This document shows positions 11,791-21,572 of a stretch of DNA of 53,590 nt, piece by piece. Each line of letters starts with the position of its first letter. Position 1 is the first letter of the stretch. A program made the position numbers and the translations under genes. Source of the DNA: a bacterium (GTDB taxonomy: Bacteria; BMS3Abin14); contig JARGFV010000002.1 of the NCBI GenBank assembly GCA_029210545.1, forward strand, positions 1 to 53,590, in the 5' to 3' direction. The notes below the pieces were generated by a model, which did no database searches, was not told the DNA's origin, and worked only from the letters and a program-made list of their open reading frames with translations.

Positions 11791-11820
11791 CAAACAAGGC
11801 CCTCGATGGGCCTTGTTTGT
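11790..11820 (+). terminator. Perfect 13-bp hairpin directly after ahcY
   Basis: ACAAACAAGGCCC-TCGAT-GGGCCTTGTTTGT. Confidence 0.6.
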
Positions 11821-11851
11821 TGGTGCTAGGTACTAAGAGCTAAGGAAATAC

Positions 11852-11888
11852 AAGGGCCCGCGAAAGCGGGCCTTTTTATTTGTTTTTT
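11852..11888 (+). terminator. Rho-independent terminator for metK-ahcY
   Basis: GGCCCGC-GAAA-GCGGGCC followed by TTTTTATTTGTTTTTT. Confidence 0.8.
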
Positions 11889-12009
11889 GTTCAGCTTTTT
11901 CCAATCACCATTTTCAGGTCACTCGTTCCTGTGTTTTCCCCTGCGGCTCCCTGCGACGCAGCCGGGGATGGCTGGCCTGCGGCCCTCTGCGTTAGAGCTT
12001 TTGATCGTT

Positions 12010-12056
12010 GAGATTGCCGCGTCGCTCACGATCAACTCCCCGCTCCTCGCAATGAC
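12010..12056. repeat. REP-like palindromic unit (GAGATTGCC...CTCGCAATGAC type)
   Basis: GAGATTGCCGCGTCGCTC...GCTCCTCGCAATGAC; from memory this resembles a widespread REP-like repeat class; not verified by search. Confidence 0.45.
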
Positions 12057-12073
12057 AACCTGGGGTGTTTTCC

Positions 12074-12198
<125 letters not shown>

Positions 12199-12203
12199 TT
12201 CTA

Positions 12204-13295
12204 TTAATGCAGTCTAGGATGCCTCAACAGCGCCAGGGCCGCGAGTCCGAGGACCAGGAACAGTACCTGGGCGGACCATGCGGCCACGGGGGGGGAGATC
12301 ACCCCGGCGTGGCCGAGGGAGAGGGACAGGGAAAACAGGGTCCAGTAAACCAGGGCCAGCATGATGCTCAAGCCCGTTCCCAGTGGGACCCCGCCCCGGA
12401 CAGGTACCGCGAAACTTACCGGAAGGGCGATCACCGTAAAGATGAGGGAGATGACCGCGGCCGAAAGCTTCTGATAGAGGCTGACCTGGTAGGTGATGTG
12501 GGGCAGTCCGGCGGCCTTGAGGTTCTCGATGTAGTCAGCCAGTTGAGCCAGGCCCATCTCCTCAGGTCTCCGGCGGACCTGGTAAAACTCTTCGGGTGTG
12601 ATGTGCACCGGGATCCTCTGGTCGATGAGGGTCCGGGTGTCGGTGACATGACCGTTGATGAACCTTCTTGAAACCATTTTTTCCGCGATCCACGATCCGT
12701 TCTCCCAACGAGCCAGTTCCGAATCCATGCGAAGGTTCAACTGTCGCAGTCCATTCCCCTCGAACTGGAGGACCGTGGGCTCCACCAGGACCGTTCCCCT
12801 CTCCTGTACGGCGCTGATGTGGATGACGCGGTTCCCTTCCAGGAGCCAGATGCGCCGATCCCCCACGACCGAGGCGCCGGGGCCCTTCTTTTTGCTCACG
12901 ATATCCCGGCTGACGCGGTTAGCGCCCGGGGCCAGCGACTCTGTCAGATAGAAGGAGCCGATGCTCACACCGATAGCGGCCGCAAGGATGGGAGCGCTCA
13001 TCCGTATCCCACCGATCCCGGTGGCGAACATGGCTGTCATCTCACCCGTCCTTTTCAGTCCCGTCAGGGTGAGAAGCGTGGCCAGGAGGCATGCGATGGG
13101 GGACATCTCGTAAAGGATATTCGGGATCATCAGTGCGAAATGAAGAGCGATGGCAGCCGGGGCGATCCCACGCCGGATGTAATCCCAGACGGTGAAGGAC
13201 GCGTCAGATGCGAGGTACGCCGCCATGAGAACGACCAGGGCCGGGAAAAAAGTCAGGAGCCACCGCCTGATGATGTACCTGTTCAGGCGGCTCAT
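12204..13295 (-). CDS. lptG: LPS export ABC transporter permease LptG
   Basis: YjgP/YjgQ-type: MSRLNRYIIRR start, three N-terminal TMs, GEMTAMFATG, periplasmic beta domain, AAWSAQVLF; ATG at 13295 overlaps the lptF stop. Confidence 0.82.
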   Translation of the reverse strand: MSRLNRYIIRRWLLTFFPALVVLMAAYLASDASFTVWDYIRRGIAPAAIALHFALMIPNILYEMSPIACLLATLLTLTGLKRTGEMTAMFATGIGGIRMSAPILAAAIGVSIGSFYLTESLAPGANRVSRDIVSKKKGPGASVVGDRRIWLLEGNRVIHISAVQERGTVLVEPTVLQFEGNGLRQLNLRMDSELARWENGSWIAEKMVSRRFINGHVTDTRTLIDQRIPVHITPEEFYQVRRRPEEMGLAQLADYIENLKAAGLPHITYQVSLYQKLSAAVISLIFTVIALPVSFAVPVRGGVPLGTGLSIMLALVYWTLFSLSLSLGHAGVISPPVAAWSAQVLFLVLGLAALALLRHPRLH

Positions 13296-14446
13296 ATCTG
13301 TCCCCTCTGCCGGCAGTACCAGCCCGATGCGTGGGTGAACCAGTAGGGGAGGAACACCGCCCCGCCGGCCAGGATCAGGAAAATGTCCGGGAACCAGGCA
13401 CCGATGGACCCCGGTACCCAACCCTGGTAGGCCAGGGTCGAACCCACAGAAGACAGGAAAAAACTCAGGATGAAAAGGAGCAGGCTGACCGTGAACGCCG
13501 CGGCTTTCCCGCGTTTTCGCAGAGTCACGGCGGCCGGGAAGACCACGAAGGGATACAGAAGGATGGTGACCGGAAAGGCCAGGCGCCGATGTAGCTCGAT
13601 GGCGTACATGGCCTCCTTTTTACCACCCTTGCCGGGTTCCATTCCCGCAAGGCCGCTTCTGAGTTCCCTGTTTGAGGAGGCCATGAGGAGCTTCCGGGTT
13701 CTCAATTCCGGCTCGGCGGGATTGCCGGCGATCCTGGAGATCAGCTTCCGAAAGGAGCCTGAACGGTACTCTGCCTTTGCCGATCCGACGGGGTGGATCG
13801 TTCCGTCTGTGAGTTCCACGACGATGTCGCTGTCACCGGCGGCAGGGGACCGGACCTGACCGGTCCTGGCGAGGATCATCTCTCCGGACTCACCCTCCGC
13901 CAGGTCGCTTCGCACCATGACAAGCCCGTCGATCTGACCGGTCTCCCTGTCGAACCCTCCCACAAGCAGCAGTGTGCCCGGGATCCCGTTGTAGAACATC
14001 CCCGGTTTAAGATCGTTGACGAAGCTTTGTCTGGCGAGGTCCGAAAGCCGTTCGTTGTAGACCTGAAAACTGGCAGGCCCTGCGTGGGCGGTGACGAACC
14101 AGGCGATAAGAAATGTCAAGAGTGAGGCGCCCAGGAAAGGGGGCATCAACCGGACGGGAGAGACGCCGGTGGCCATGACGGCCACGATCTCACGGTCCTG
14201 CTTCATCTGTTCCAGGGTCCAGATCATGGCCATGAGAAAAGCCAGGGGGACGGTGTACGTCAGCAGGGGAGGGGACATGACCAGGAAAGTGATGACGAAA
14301 TCCTTCAGGCTTTTTGCGGTAGGGGCCAGCTGTTCGACCTGCCTTGAGGCCTGGTCCATGAGGAGAAGGACGGTGAATACGGCAAGAGCCGCCACGAAGG
14401 TGGAAGTGAACTTGCCGAGGATGTAGCGGTAAAGTCTAAGGGGCAA
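13292..14446 (-). CDS. lptF: LPS export ABC transporter permease LptF
   Basis: LYRYIL start, DREIVAVMATGVS, LKPGMF, ELHRRLAFP, GAWFPDI; upstream partner of lptG. Confidence 0.82.
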   Translation of the reverse strand: MPLRLYRYILGKFTSTFVAALAVFTVLLLMDQASRQVEQLAPTAKSLKDFVITFLVMSPPLLTYTVPLAFLMAMIWTLEQMKQDREIVAVMATGVSPVRLMPPFLGASLLTFLIAWFVTAHAGPASFQVYNERLSDLARQSFVNDLKPGMFYNGIPGTLLLVGGFDRETGQIDGLVMVRSDLAEGESGEMILARTGQVRSPAAGDSDIVVELTDGTIHPVGSAKAEYRSGSFRKLISRIAGNPAEPELRTRKLLMASSNRELRSGLAGMEPGKGGKKEAMYAIELHRRLAFPVTILLYPFVVFPAAVTLRKRGKAAAFTVSLLLFILSFFLSSVGSTLAYQGWVPGSIGAWFPDIFLILAGGAVFLPYWFTHASGWYCRQRGQI

Positions 14447-14553
14447 AATTACATCTCACATTTTGGCAGCGTATCGGAAAACCGTGATCACGCCGAAGGC
14501 GTGACCAGATAATGTTTGCCGGAAGATAATATTTTCCAACAAACGATGACCAG

Positions 14554-14603
14554 GAGCCTGTGGCCTGTTTGCCAGACAGGTAGGGATGTTCTCCGACAGG
14601 CTC
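14554..14603 (-). repeat. Family B mini-element, copy B1 (50 bp)
   Basis: Reverse complement reads GAGCCTGTCGGAGAAC...CACAGGCTC, the same ends as 53426-53474. Confidence 0.65.
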
Positions 14604-14680
14604 CTGATAAAATATCAAAATTCCGGGAAGAAAAAACAGTTAATGTGAACCTAACATATTTAAAGGGTTGTACCATCTTG

Positions 14681-14722
14681 ACAAAAAAATGCGGCGAGCG
14701 GCCGCTCGCCGCATTTTTTTGT
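14681..14722. other. Perfect 42-bp palindrome, no spacer
   Basis: ACAAAAAAATGCGGCGAGCGG|CCGCTCGCCGCATTTTTTTGT. Confidence 0.9.
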
Positions 14723-14807
14723 TACCTTTCAGGTACTTCGGTTGACTCAAAACGATGGGAATGGTAGTTTTGGTGCATGAGCTTTTCACAAGGGGGACGA
14801 TTGCAGC

Positions 14808-15251
14808 ATGGCTGACAGAGTGGTTATCGTAAGGGAGGGCGTGCACCTTCTCAGCCTTCCGTTCACTTCCATCGATGAAATTCTCGGAACCGAAAGGATC
14901 GTTTCTCTTGCGGACCTGCCTGAAGACGCTGCCCCGGAGGGTGCCGACGATCCCCATTGGGTTCATACCAGGGGGGAGTGGCTGCCCCTGGCCATGTTCC
15001 TGCCCGATTCCGTAGTGACGGACCGCTCCCAGATCGTTATTGTCCGCTGGGGTCAGACAGGGCGTGCCTACATCGTCGACCAGGTCCTGGGGATCGAGTC
15101 CCTGGGCAGGATGATCCAGTTCCCCGAGGCGGCGATTCCTTTCACGGATATTCCCTTCGCGGGTGTACGGCTGTGGAAGGGCCGCCCCGTATTGGAACTT
15201 GACCTTTCACGTCTGATTTCATTAGATTTAGGGGGCCGTCAGGATGGGTGA
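14808..15251 (+). CDS. CheW-like domain protein (divergent)
   Basis: LPFTSIDEIL, GEWLPLAM, AYIVDQVLGI, PVLELDLSRL resemble CheW strands. Confidence 0.65.
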   Translation: MADRVVIVREGVHLLSLPFTSIDEILGTERIVSLADLPEDAAPEGADDPHWVHTRGEWLPLAMFLPDSVVTDRSQIVIVRWGQTGRAYIVDQVLGIESLGRMIQFPEAAIPFTDIPFAGVRLWKGRPVLELDLSRLISLDLGGRQDG

Positions 15252-15663
15252 TACGAGGATGATCACCTTCGCCCTCGGGAGACATCGCTTTGCCATCCCC
15301 ATCGAGGATATCAGGGAGGTCATCAACATCGAATCAGTGGTACCGGTCCCTGGTGGAAGGAGGCCCCTGGAAGGGATCATTCCTTACCGGGATAACGCGG
15401 TCCTCCCGGTTTTTTCACTCCTCGATCTCCTGGGTCACGAACATGAAGAGAAGAGCAATCTGGTGGTCGTGACCGGCACCCGGGACACCCCTGTCGGTTT
15501 CAGGGTGAGACAGATGGGGGGCGTGATGGCCAGCGTGGCCGAGGACAAGATCGTGGCCTATGACGGGGCTCTTGGTGGCGGTGGGAAAGCTGTGTCCGGC
15601 GTCCTGATAAAGCCGGGAGGGGAACATATACTCCTCAGCATGAAACACGTGTTCGCATTCTGA
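15244..15663 (+). CDS. CheW-like domain protein
   Basis: MITFALGRHRFAIPIEDIREVI, VPVPG...LEGIIPYRDNAVLPVFSL. Confidence 0.78.
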   Translation: MGDTRMITFALGRHRFAIPIEDIREVINIESVVPVPGGRRPLEGIIPYRDNAVLPVFSLLDLLGHEHEEKSNLVVVTGTRDTPVGFRVRQMGGVMASVAEDKIVAYDGALGGGGKAVSGVLIKPGGEHILLSMKHVFAF

Positions 15664-15978
15664 ATCCAGGCGCTTTCAAGGGTCCGGGAACCTGATCGGG
15701 AACCCCTGGCAGGCTTATGGATATCGTTTACAGGAAGGTGTTATACCCCCGTGATGAAAAACTGGTGACATTCAGGCTGTTAAAACCCGAAACCATTGTC
15801 CGTATTGATTTTTTGGGTTTTTCTTCACCCGGCACCGCGGAGCTTGACGTGTCATGGCGATCCCGGGACGTCCGACAAACTTCACCGGCTGCGTGTCAAG
15901 GCTTGAGACACGCTTCTGGTGGCCGAACCGTTCACCCCCGACGGGTCGCGATTTCCGGCATGGGGGGGAGGGAAAAAG

Positions 15979-17445
15979 ATGAAAAGGATCCTTGTTGCTG
16001 ACGACAGTGTCACCATCCAGAAGGTGATCGCCCTTACCTTTGCCGATGAACCGTTCGAGGTCCAGTCTGTTGGAACAGGGGCGGAAGCCCTGGAGTTCAT
16101 GAAGAACTATACCCCTGACATTGTGCTGGCTGACGTGATCATGCCCCAGATGAACGGATATGAACTGTGCCGTGCCGTAAAACAGCAGGAAGAAACATCC
16201 CGGATTCCCGTACTGCTCCTCGCAGGCACTTTCGAGGCTTTCGACGAGGGGGAGGCCAGGTCTGTCGGCGCCGACGATTTCATCACGAAACCTTTTGAAT
16301 CCGGTGAACTCATCGAAAAGGTCAAGGGGCTCCTCGGGCAAGGCCCGGCACCGGCGGCAGCGCCTCCCCGGGCGGAAACACCGGCGGTTGCCGCTGTCCC
16401 GACGCCTGCTCCACCAGCTTCTCCGGCAGTTGAAGCGGCTCCGCCCCGACCAGCCGTGGTGCCGGCGGCCCATGCCGCCGCCGCGCCGCCTCAGAATGCC
16501 GGGGGGCCCGAGCCGGACATCTGGGATATCCTGAGCGATGCGGGTGACGAGATCAAACCGCCGACAGCTGGTCCGCCGGCGGGGGGCAGCGCCGCCGGTT
16601 TCCCCGGGTTCGGTCCCATTGAGGATACCGGCGTCGTGGACGTCGGTAGTTTTGACGTCGGGTTGGACAGGCCCGAGTCGGCCCCGCCGGTCTCCGTTCC
16701 GGCACCTCCCATCCCGGAAGCTGCTCCGGCCGCAGTTACCGGAACTGTCCAGCCGCCTGGCCAGGCACCCGCTCCCCAGGAGACTGTTCCCCAGGAGCCT
16801 GTTCCCGTAGTCGTGGAACCGCCGTCCATGACCGGAGTCGAGGAAACGTTGGAAAGGAGCCGTGTCGAGGACAGGGAAAAAGATTTCTTCGGGTTCAGGA
16901 ACGGCGCGGTGGAAGAGGTCTCCGGCGTGGATATCATGTCTGAAGCGATCGAAGAGGTCACCTTCGACATGGATGATGTCCCTGCAGCAGGCCCGGGAGC
17001 CTCGCCCGAAGCCTCCTTTGTCGTACCGGAACCGGCCTTCAACGAACCCCGGGCCGCAGGTGAGACCGAGGCACCCTCCACTCCGCCCGCACCGGCTCCG
17101 GGACCTCCGGAACCTGTTTCCATTGCCGCGGAGCCGTCATTCGAGCCCGCCCCTGAACCACCTTCGGTACCCGCTGCGGACCTGCGGGTGATGGACAGCC
17201 CTGAACCGGCTCCGGCGGCGGGACCCACGGTTCCCGTGATGCCCGAACCAGCGCCGGTTCCGTTACCTGAGCCCCCATTGGAGCTTGCGGCACCCGAGGC
17301 TGCCGAGGGAACCGGAGCTGTTGACGACGCCATGATCAGGAAGATCATTGAAGAGAAGGTCGAAAGGATCGCCTGGGAAGTTGTCCCCGAGATGGCCGAG
17401 GTGTTCATCAGGGAGGCCCTGGAGAAGATCAAGGGCGGATCCTGA
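15979..17445 (+). CDS. romR: RomR-like response regulator (REC, Pro/Glu-rich linker, RomR C-terminal helix)
   Basis: ILVADDSVTIQKVI...LADVIMP...LLAGTFEAFDE...KPFES and C-terminal IAWEVVPEMAEVFIREALEKI match the Myxococcus RomR pattern; directly upstream of valS. Confidence 0.85.
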   Translation: MKRILVADDSVTIQKVIALTFADEPFEVQSVGTGAEALEFMKNYTPDIVLADVIMPQMNGYELCRAVKQQEETSRIPVLLLAGTFEAFDEGEARSVGADDFITKPFESGELIEKVKGLLGQGPAPAAAPPRAETPAVAAVPTPAPPASPAVEAAPPRPAVVPAAHAAAAPPQNAGGPEPDIWDILSDAGDEIKPPTAGPPAGGSAAGFPGFGPIEDTGVVDVGSFDVGLDRPESAPPVSVPAPPIPEAAPAAVTGTVQPPGQAPAPQETVPQEPVPVVVEPPSMTGVEETLERSRVEDREKDFFGFRNGAVEEVSGVDIMSEAIEEVTFDMDDVPAAGPGASPEASFVVPEPAFNEPRAAGETEAPSTPPAPAPGPPEPVSIAAEPSFEPAPEPPSVPAADLRVMDSPEPAPAAGPTVPVMPEPAPVPLPEPPLELAAPEAAEGTGAVDDAMIRKIIEEKVERIAWEVVPEMAEVFIREALEKIKGGS

Positions 17446-17514
17446 TAATCCAAACTTCGCAGGTACATCGTAATGAAGGGTGAAAAAGATCGGCCCAGCG
17501 AAGTTTGAATTATC
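17444..17514. repeat. 17-bp inverted repeat (16/17 matched) overlapping the romR stop
   Basis: GATAATCCAAACTTCGC ... GCGAAGTTTGAATTATC. Confidence 0.6.
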
Positions 17515-17569
17515 ATTCTGGTTCAAAAAAGCGGGATAACAAAAAGTGCCTTCCGACAAATTTCCCTAT

Positions 17570-17597
17570 CAGCGTCACGAGGTTTTCCGACACACTG
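17570..17597 (-). repeat. Family B mini-element, copy B2 (28 bp)
   Basis: Reverse complement reads CAGTGTGTCGGAAAACCTCGTGACGCTG. Confidence 0.55.
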
Positions 17598-17657
17598 ATA
17601 GCAGATACCAGAGGGCTGACGGGGAACCGGAAGCCCTTTGTTGTTATGGAGTACCCC

Positions 17658-17772
17658 GTGATCAGTGAACAGTGATTGGTGGTTAGTAGTAATGTATCTT
17701 GCCCATTATGGATTATTTATTTCGAATCATCGATAAATAATACCAATCACAAATCACTAATCACGAATCACC
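17658..17772. repeat. Paired inverted heptamer arms (GTGATCA/GTGAACA/GTGATTG ... ATCACAA/ATCACTA/ATCACGA)
   Basis: The right arm ends just before the valS ribosome-binding region. Confidence 0.7.
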
Positions 17773-17787
17773 CAGCGAGGAACGCAA

Positions 17788-20439
17788 ATGACCAAAGAGA
17801 TGCCAAAGCACTTCGACCCCGCGTCATCCGAGACAAAATGGTACGCATTCTGGATGGAGAAGGGGTATTTTCATGCCGATGAGGGATCAGCGCGCCCGCC
17901 TTACAGCATCGTCATCCCTCCTCCCAACGTAACCGGTTCCCTGCACATGGGGCACGCCCTCAACAACACACTCCAGGACATCCTCGTCCGCTACCACCGG
18001 ATGAATGGGTGCGAGGCGCTCTGGATGCCCGGCACGGACCATGCCGGGATCGCCACCCAGAACGTTGTGGAAAAAGAGCTGGACTCCCGGGGAACCGACC
18101 GGCATGCCCTCGGCCGTGAGAAATTCGTGGACAGGGTGTGGGAGTGGCGGGAAAAGTACGGCGGGGTCATCCTCCAGCAGCTCCACAGGCTGGGGTCCTC
18201 CTGCGACTGGGAACGGGAGCGGTTCACCATGGACGAGGGGCTGTCCCGGGCGGTCAGGGAAGTGTTCGTCAGGCTCCATGACGAGGGGCTCATCTACCAG
18301 GGAGATTACATTATCAACTGGTGTCCCCGTTGCCACACCGCCCTGTCCGACCTCGAGGTCGAGCACCATGACCGGAAGGGGAAGATGTACCACCTGCGTT
18401 ATCCGTCCGTGGACGGGACGTCGGAGGTTGTGGTGGCGACTACGAGGCCGGAGACCATGCTGGGAGACACGGCCGTTGCGGTGAACCCGGCCGACGAACG
18501 GTACAAGGGGATGCTGGGCAAGAGCTTTCATCTGCCCATGACAAGGCGTGACATCCCCCTTATCGCGGACGACTACTGTGACATGGAGTTCGGGACCGGC
18601 GCCGTGAAGGTCACTCCGGCCCACGATTCCAACGATTTCGAGATCGGGGAACGTCACGACCTTCCCAATGTGTCCGTCATCTCCATGGAGGGCACCATGA
18701 CCCACGAGGCCGGGGAACGTTACGAGGGCATGGACCGTTACGAGTGCCGCAGGATTCTCATCGATGATCTCGATAAAGGCGGGTTTCTCGTCAAGGTGGA
18801 AGATTATGAGCACGCCGTCGGCCAGTGCTACCGGTGTCAGACCGTCATCGAACCGATCATCTCGAGGCAGTGGTTCGTTCGTACGAAGGAACTGGCCAAA
18901 CCGGCCATTGAAGCCGTCCAGGATGGGCGGATCAGGATTGTCCCCGCCAGTTGGGAGAAGACCTACTTCGAGTGGATGGTCAACATCCGTGACTGGTGCA
19001 TTTCGAGGCAGATCTGGTGGGGACACAGGATCCCTGTCTGGTATTGCGGAGACTGCGGAAAGGTTGTCGTCCAGGTGGAGGAGCCCACGGCGTGCCCGGA
19101 CTGTTCCAGCCCGGATCTGAGACAGGAAGAGGATGTCCTCGATACCTGGTTCTCTTCTGCCCTGTGGCCATTTTCCACTTTGGGTTGGCCCGACAGGACC
19201 CCTGCCCTGGAAAAGTTCTATCCAACAAGCTGCCTCGTGACCGGTTTCGACATCCTATTCTTCTGGGTGGCCCGGATGATCATGATGGGGATGAAGTTCA
19301 TGGGAGACGTGCCGTTCAGGGAGGTTTACATCCACGCCCTGGTTCGGGACGCCGAAGGTCAGAAGATGAGCAAATCCCGGGGTAACGTCATCGATCCCCT
19401 TGTGATCATCGACGAGTACGGCGCTGACGCCTTCAGGTTCACCCTTGCCGCTTTCGCTGCAATGGGCAGGGATATCAAGCTTGCCGAGGACAGGATCGAG
19501 GGGTACCGCAACTTCATCAACAAGATATGGAACGCTTCCAGGCTGGTGCTCTCCTACCTTGAGGGCGTTACCCCGGACCAGCTGGCCGACCCGGATCCGC
19601 CGACGGAAGAGCACAACCGGTGGATAAGGAGCAGGCTGGCTGTGGTCACGGACCAGATCCGCGGTGCTGTAGAAGACTACCGGTTCAACGACGTGGCCAA
19701 CACCCTGTACCAGTTCTTCTGGCACGAGTTCTGCGACTGGTACCTGGAACTGGCCAAACCCTCCCTGTACGGGGACCGGGGAGAGAGGGCACTCCTGGAG
19801 ACCAGGGTCACCGCAGGCATGGTCCTGGAAAACTTCCTGAGGCTGCTTCATCCCGTCATGCCCTTTGTCACGGAGGAGATCTGGCAGAAGCTTCCCGTCG
19901 AGGGCGAGAGCATCATGACCGCGTCTTTCCCCGAGGCGAGGAGCGGGGATGCGGATGCCGAGGCGGACGAGAATATGGCGGTAGTCATGGATTTCATCAC
20001 CGCTGTCAGGAATCTGAGGACCGAGTTGGGGATCCCTCCCGGCCGCATGGTCCGGGCCACCATCGTGTGCAGGGACCGCGGCATTGCCGGGATCCTGGAA
20101 GGTGCGGTCCCGGACATGACCCGGCTGGCCCGGCTCAGTGAGGTCCTGATCACCGAAGTGAGACCGGAACAGGACCCGGGGTCCGCAGCCGTGGTAAGGG
20201 GACAGGAAGTTCTCATCTCGGCCGAGGAAGAGATGGACAAGGATGCCGAGATCCAGAGGCTTACAAGGGAGTTGACAAAGGTGACCGGCGAACTTGCGAA
20301 GGTGGAGAAGAAGCTGGGCAACCCGCAGTTCGTCCAGAAAGCTCCCGAGGAAGTGGTGCTGAAAAACCGCGGTGTCCTGGAGGAGCTTCAAGCCCAGAAG
20401 GGCAAGCTGGAAGAGAACCTGGAGAGGCTCAATGATTAA
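17788..20439 (+). CDS. valS: Valine--tRNA ligase
   Basis: PPPNVTGSLHMGH (HIGH), TTRPET, GTGAVKVTPAHD, DWCISRQIWWGH, KMSKS, C-terminal coiled coil. Confidence 0.98.
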   Translation: MTKEMPKHFDPASSETKWYAFWMEKGYFHADEGSARPPYSIVIPPPNVTGSLHMGHALNNTLQDILVRYHRMNGCEALWMPGTDHAGIATQNVVEKELDSRGTDRHALGREKFVDRVWEWREKYGGVILQQLHRLGSSCDWERERFTMDEGLSRAVREVFVRLHDEGLIYQGDYIINWCPRCHTALSDLEVEHHDRKGKMYHLRYPSVDGTSEVVVATTRPETMLGDTAVAVNPADERYKGMLGKSFHLPMTRRDIPLIADDYCDMEFGTGAVKVTPAHDSNDFEIGERHDLPNVSVISMEGTMTHEAGERYEGMDRYECRRILIDDLDKGGFLVKVEDYEHAVGQCYRCQTVIEPIISRQWFVRTKELAKPAIEAVQDGRIRIVPASWEKTYFEWMVNIRDWCISRQIWWGHRIPVWYCGDCGKVVVQVEEPTACPDCSSPDLRQEEDVLDTWFSSALWPFSTLGWPDRTPALEKFYPTSCLVTGFDILFFWVARMIMMGMKFMGDVPFREVYIHALVRDAEGQKMSKSRGNVIDPLVIIDEYGADAFRFTLAAFAAMGRDIKLAEDRIEGYRNFINKIWNASRLVLSYLEGVTPDQLADPDPPTEEHNRWIRSRLAVVTDQIRGAVEDYRFNDVANTLYQFFWHEFCDWYLELAKPSLYGDRGERALLETRVTAGMVLENFLRLLHPVMPFVTEEIWQKLPVEGESIMTASFPEARSGDADAEADENMAVVMDFITAVRNLRTELGIPPGRMVRATIVCRDRGIAGILEGAVPDMTRLARLSEVLITEVRPEQDPGSAAVVRGQEVLISAEEEMDKDAEIQRLTRELTKVTGELAKVEKKLGNPQFVQKAPEEVVLKNRGVLEELQAQKGKLEENLERLND

Positions 20440-21343
20440 GTTTCCACTGAATGTTCACCGCCTCATCGACCTTGCCGTGGAGGAGGACCTGGGGACGGGG
20501 GATGTCACAGGGAAGGCGATCCTGGACGAGAACGCTCAGGGGGAAGCGGTCATCCTGGCCAGGCAGGAGCTGGTGCTGTGCGGCCTTGACGTGGCTCGGG
20601 AGGTATACAGGCGGATCGGTGCGGGCGTGGTCCTCACTTCCTCCATATCCGAGGGGCAGACGGTCGGGCAAGGTGCTGTATTGGCCGAACTGACCGGCCC
20701 CGTCACGGTCCTCCTGACAGGGGAGAGGATCGCCCTGAACTTCCTCCAGCGCCTTTGTGGTATCGCCACCCTCGCGGGCCGCTACGCCGCCGCCGCCGGG
20801 GGAAGGACGACGATCCTGGACAGCCGGAAAACGGTGCCCGGCTGGCGCTGGCTGGACAAGATGGCAGTGAGGGTGGGTGGGTGTACCAACCACCGCATGG
20901 GTCTTTTCGACGGTATCCTCATCAAGGACAACCACATCGCGGCCAGCGGCGGCATCCCGGAGGCGCTTGCCCGGGCGAGGGAAAGGGCCCCCGCGGGGAT
21001 GGAGATCGAGATCGAGGTCGAGGACCTGGACGGTGTCAGGGAAGCCATGGAAAACGGAGCTGACATCATCATGCTGGATAATTTCGATCCTCCAGACGTG
21101 GTCCGGGCGGTCCGGATCAACGCTGGCAAGGCGCGCCTGGAACTTTCAGGCGGGATAGACCTCACCAACCTCGGGGAGTACCTGGATGCTGCCGGGCTGG
21201 GTTCCGGCAGAGGCGTCGATTTTATCTCGATAGGTGCCCTGACACACTCGGCGCCGGCGGCCGATATCGCCATGGAGATAAGGTCCGGCAATCCGGCGGC
21301 CGAAAGACACGGAGACACGGGGACACGGGGACGCGGGGAATAA
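20432..21343 (+). CDS. nadC: Nicotinate-nucleotide pyrophosphorylase (quinolinate phosphoribosyltransferase)
   Basis: EDLGTGDVT, ERIALNFLQR, DSRKTVPG, NHRMGLFDGILIKDNHI, MLDNF, SGGI; ATG 20432 overlaps the valS end. Confidence 0.95.
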   Translation: MIKFPLNVHRLIDLAVEEDLGTGDVTGKAILDENAQGEAVILARQELVLCGLDVAREVYRRIGAGVVLTSSISEGQTVGQGAVLAELTGPVTVLLTGERIALNFLQRLCGIATLAGRYAAAAGGRTTILDSRKTVPGWRWLDKMAVRVGGCTNHRMGLFDGILIKDNHIAASGGIPEALARARERAPAGMEIEIEVEDLDGVREAMENGADIIMLDNFDPPDVVRAVRINAGKARLELSGGIDLTNLGEYLDAAGLGSGRGVDFISIGALTHSAPAADIAMEIRSGNPAAERHGDTGTRGRGE

Positions 21344-21400
21344 AGTGCGGGCGTATGTGAGCGTGGGAGCAGGGGAGAAGAGTCGAGGGGGCGACGGTGC
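21305..21400. repeat. Octamer tandem arms (GACACGGG-type, then GYGTGGGA-type)
   Basis: GACACGGA GACACGGG GACACGGG GACGCGGG forms the last codons of nadC; its reverse complement occurs at ~30059-30083. Confidence 0.7.
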
Positions 21401-21572
21401 TCCCTGGGCGTGTCACTGAGAGTCATAAAGTGAACAAGGCAGTTATAGCCGACCGGCGTCAGGTCTGGAATTTAACCACAGGGTACACCCTTCGACAGGC
21501 TCAGGACAGGCGGGGTGACACAGGGTAAGACTACAACCAGGGAAGGATTTGAAAAGAAACATGCGTAACATT

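Noticed and set aside
17446-17787. T-box leader upstream of valS
   Set aside because: No T-box sequence (GGTGGNACCGCG-like) and no antiterminator/terminator pair; the structure is explained by an inverted repeat, element B2 and heptamer arms.
19720-19735. Sigma-54 promoter-like TGGCACGAGTTCTGC
   Set aside because: Lies inside the valS coding sequence (FWHEFC codons) with no nearby downstream start.
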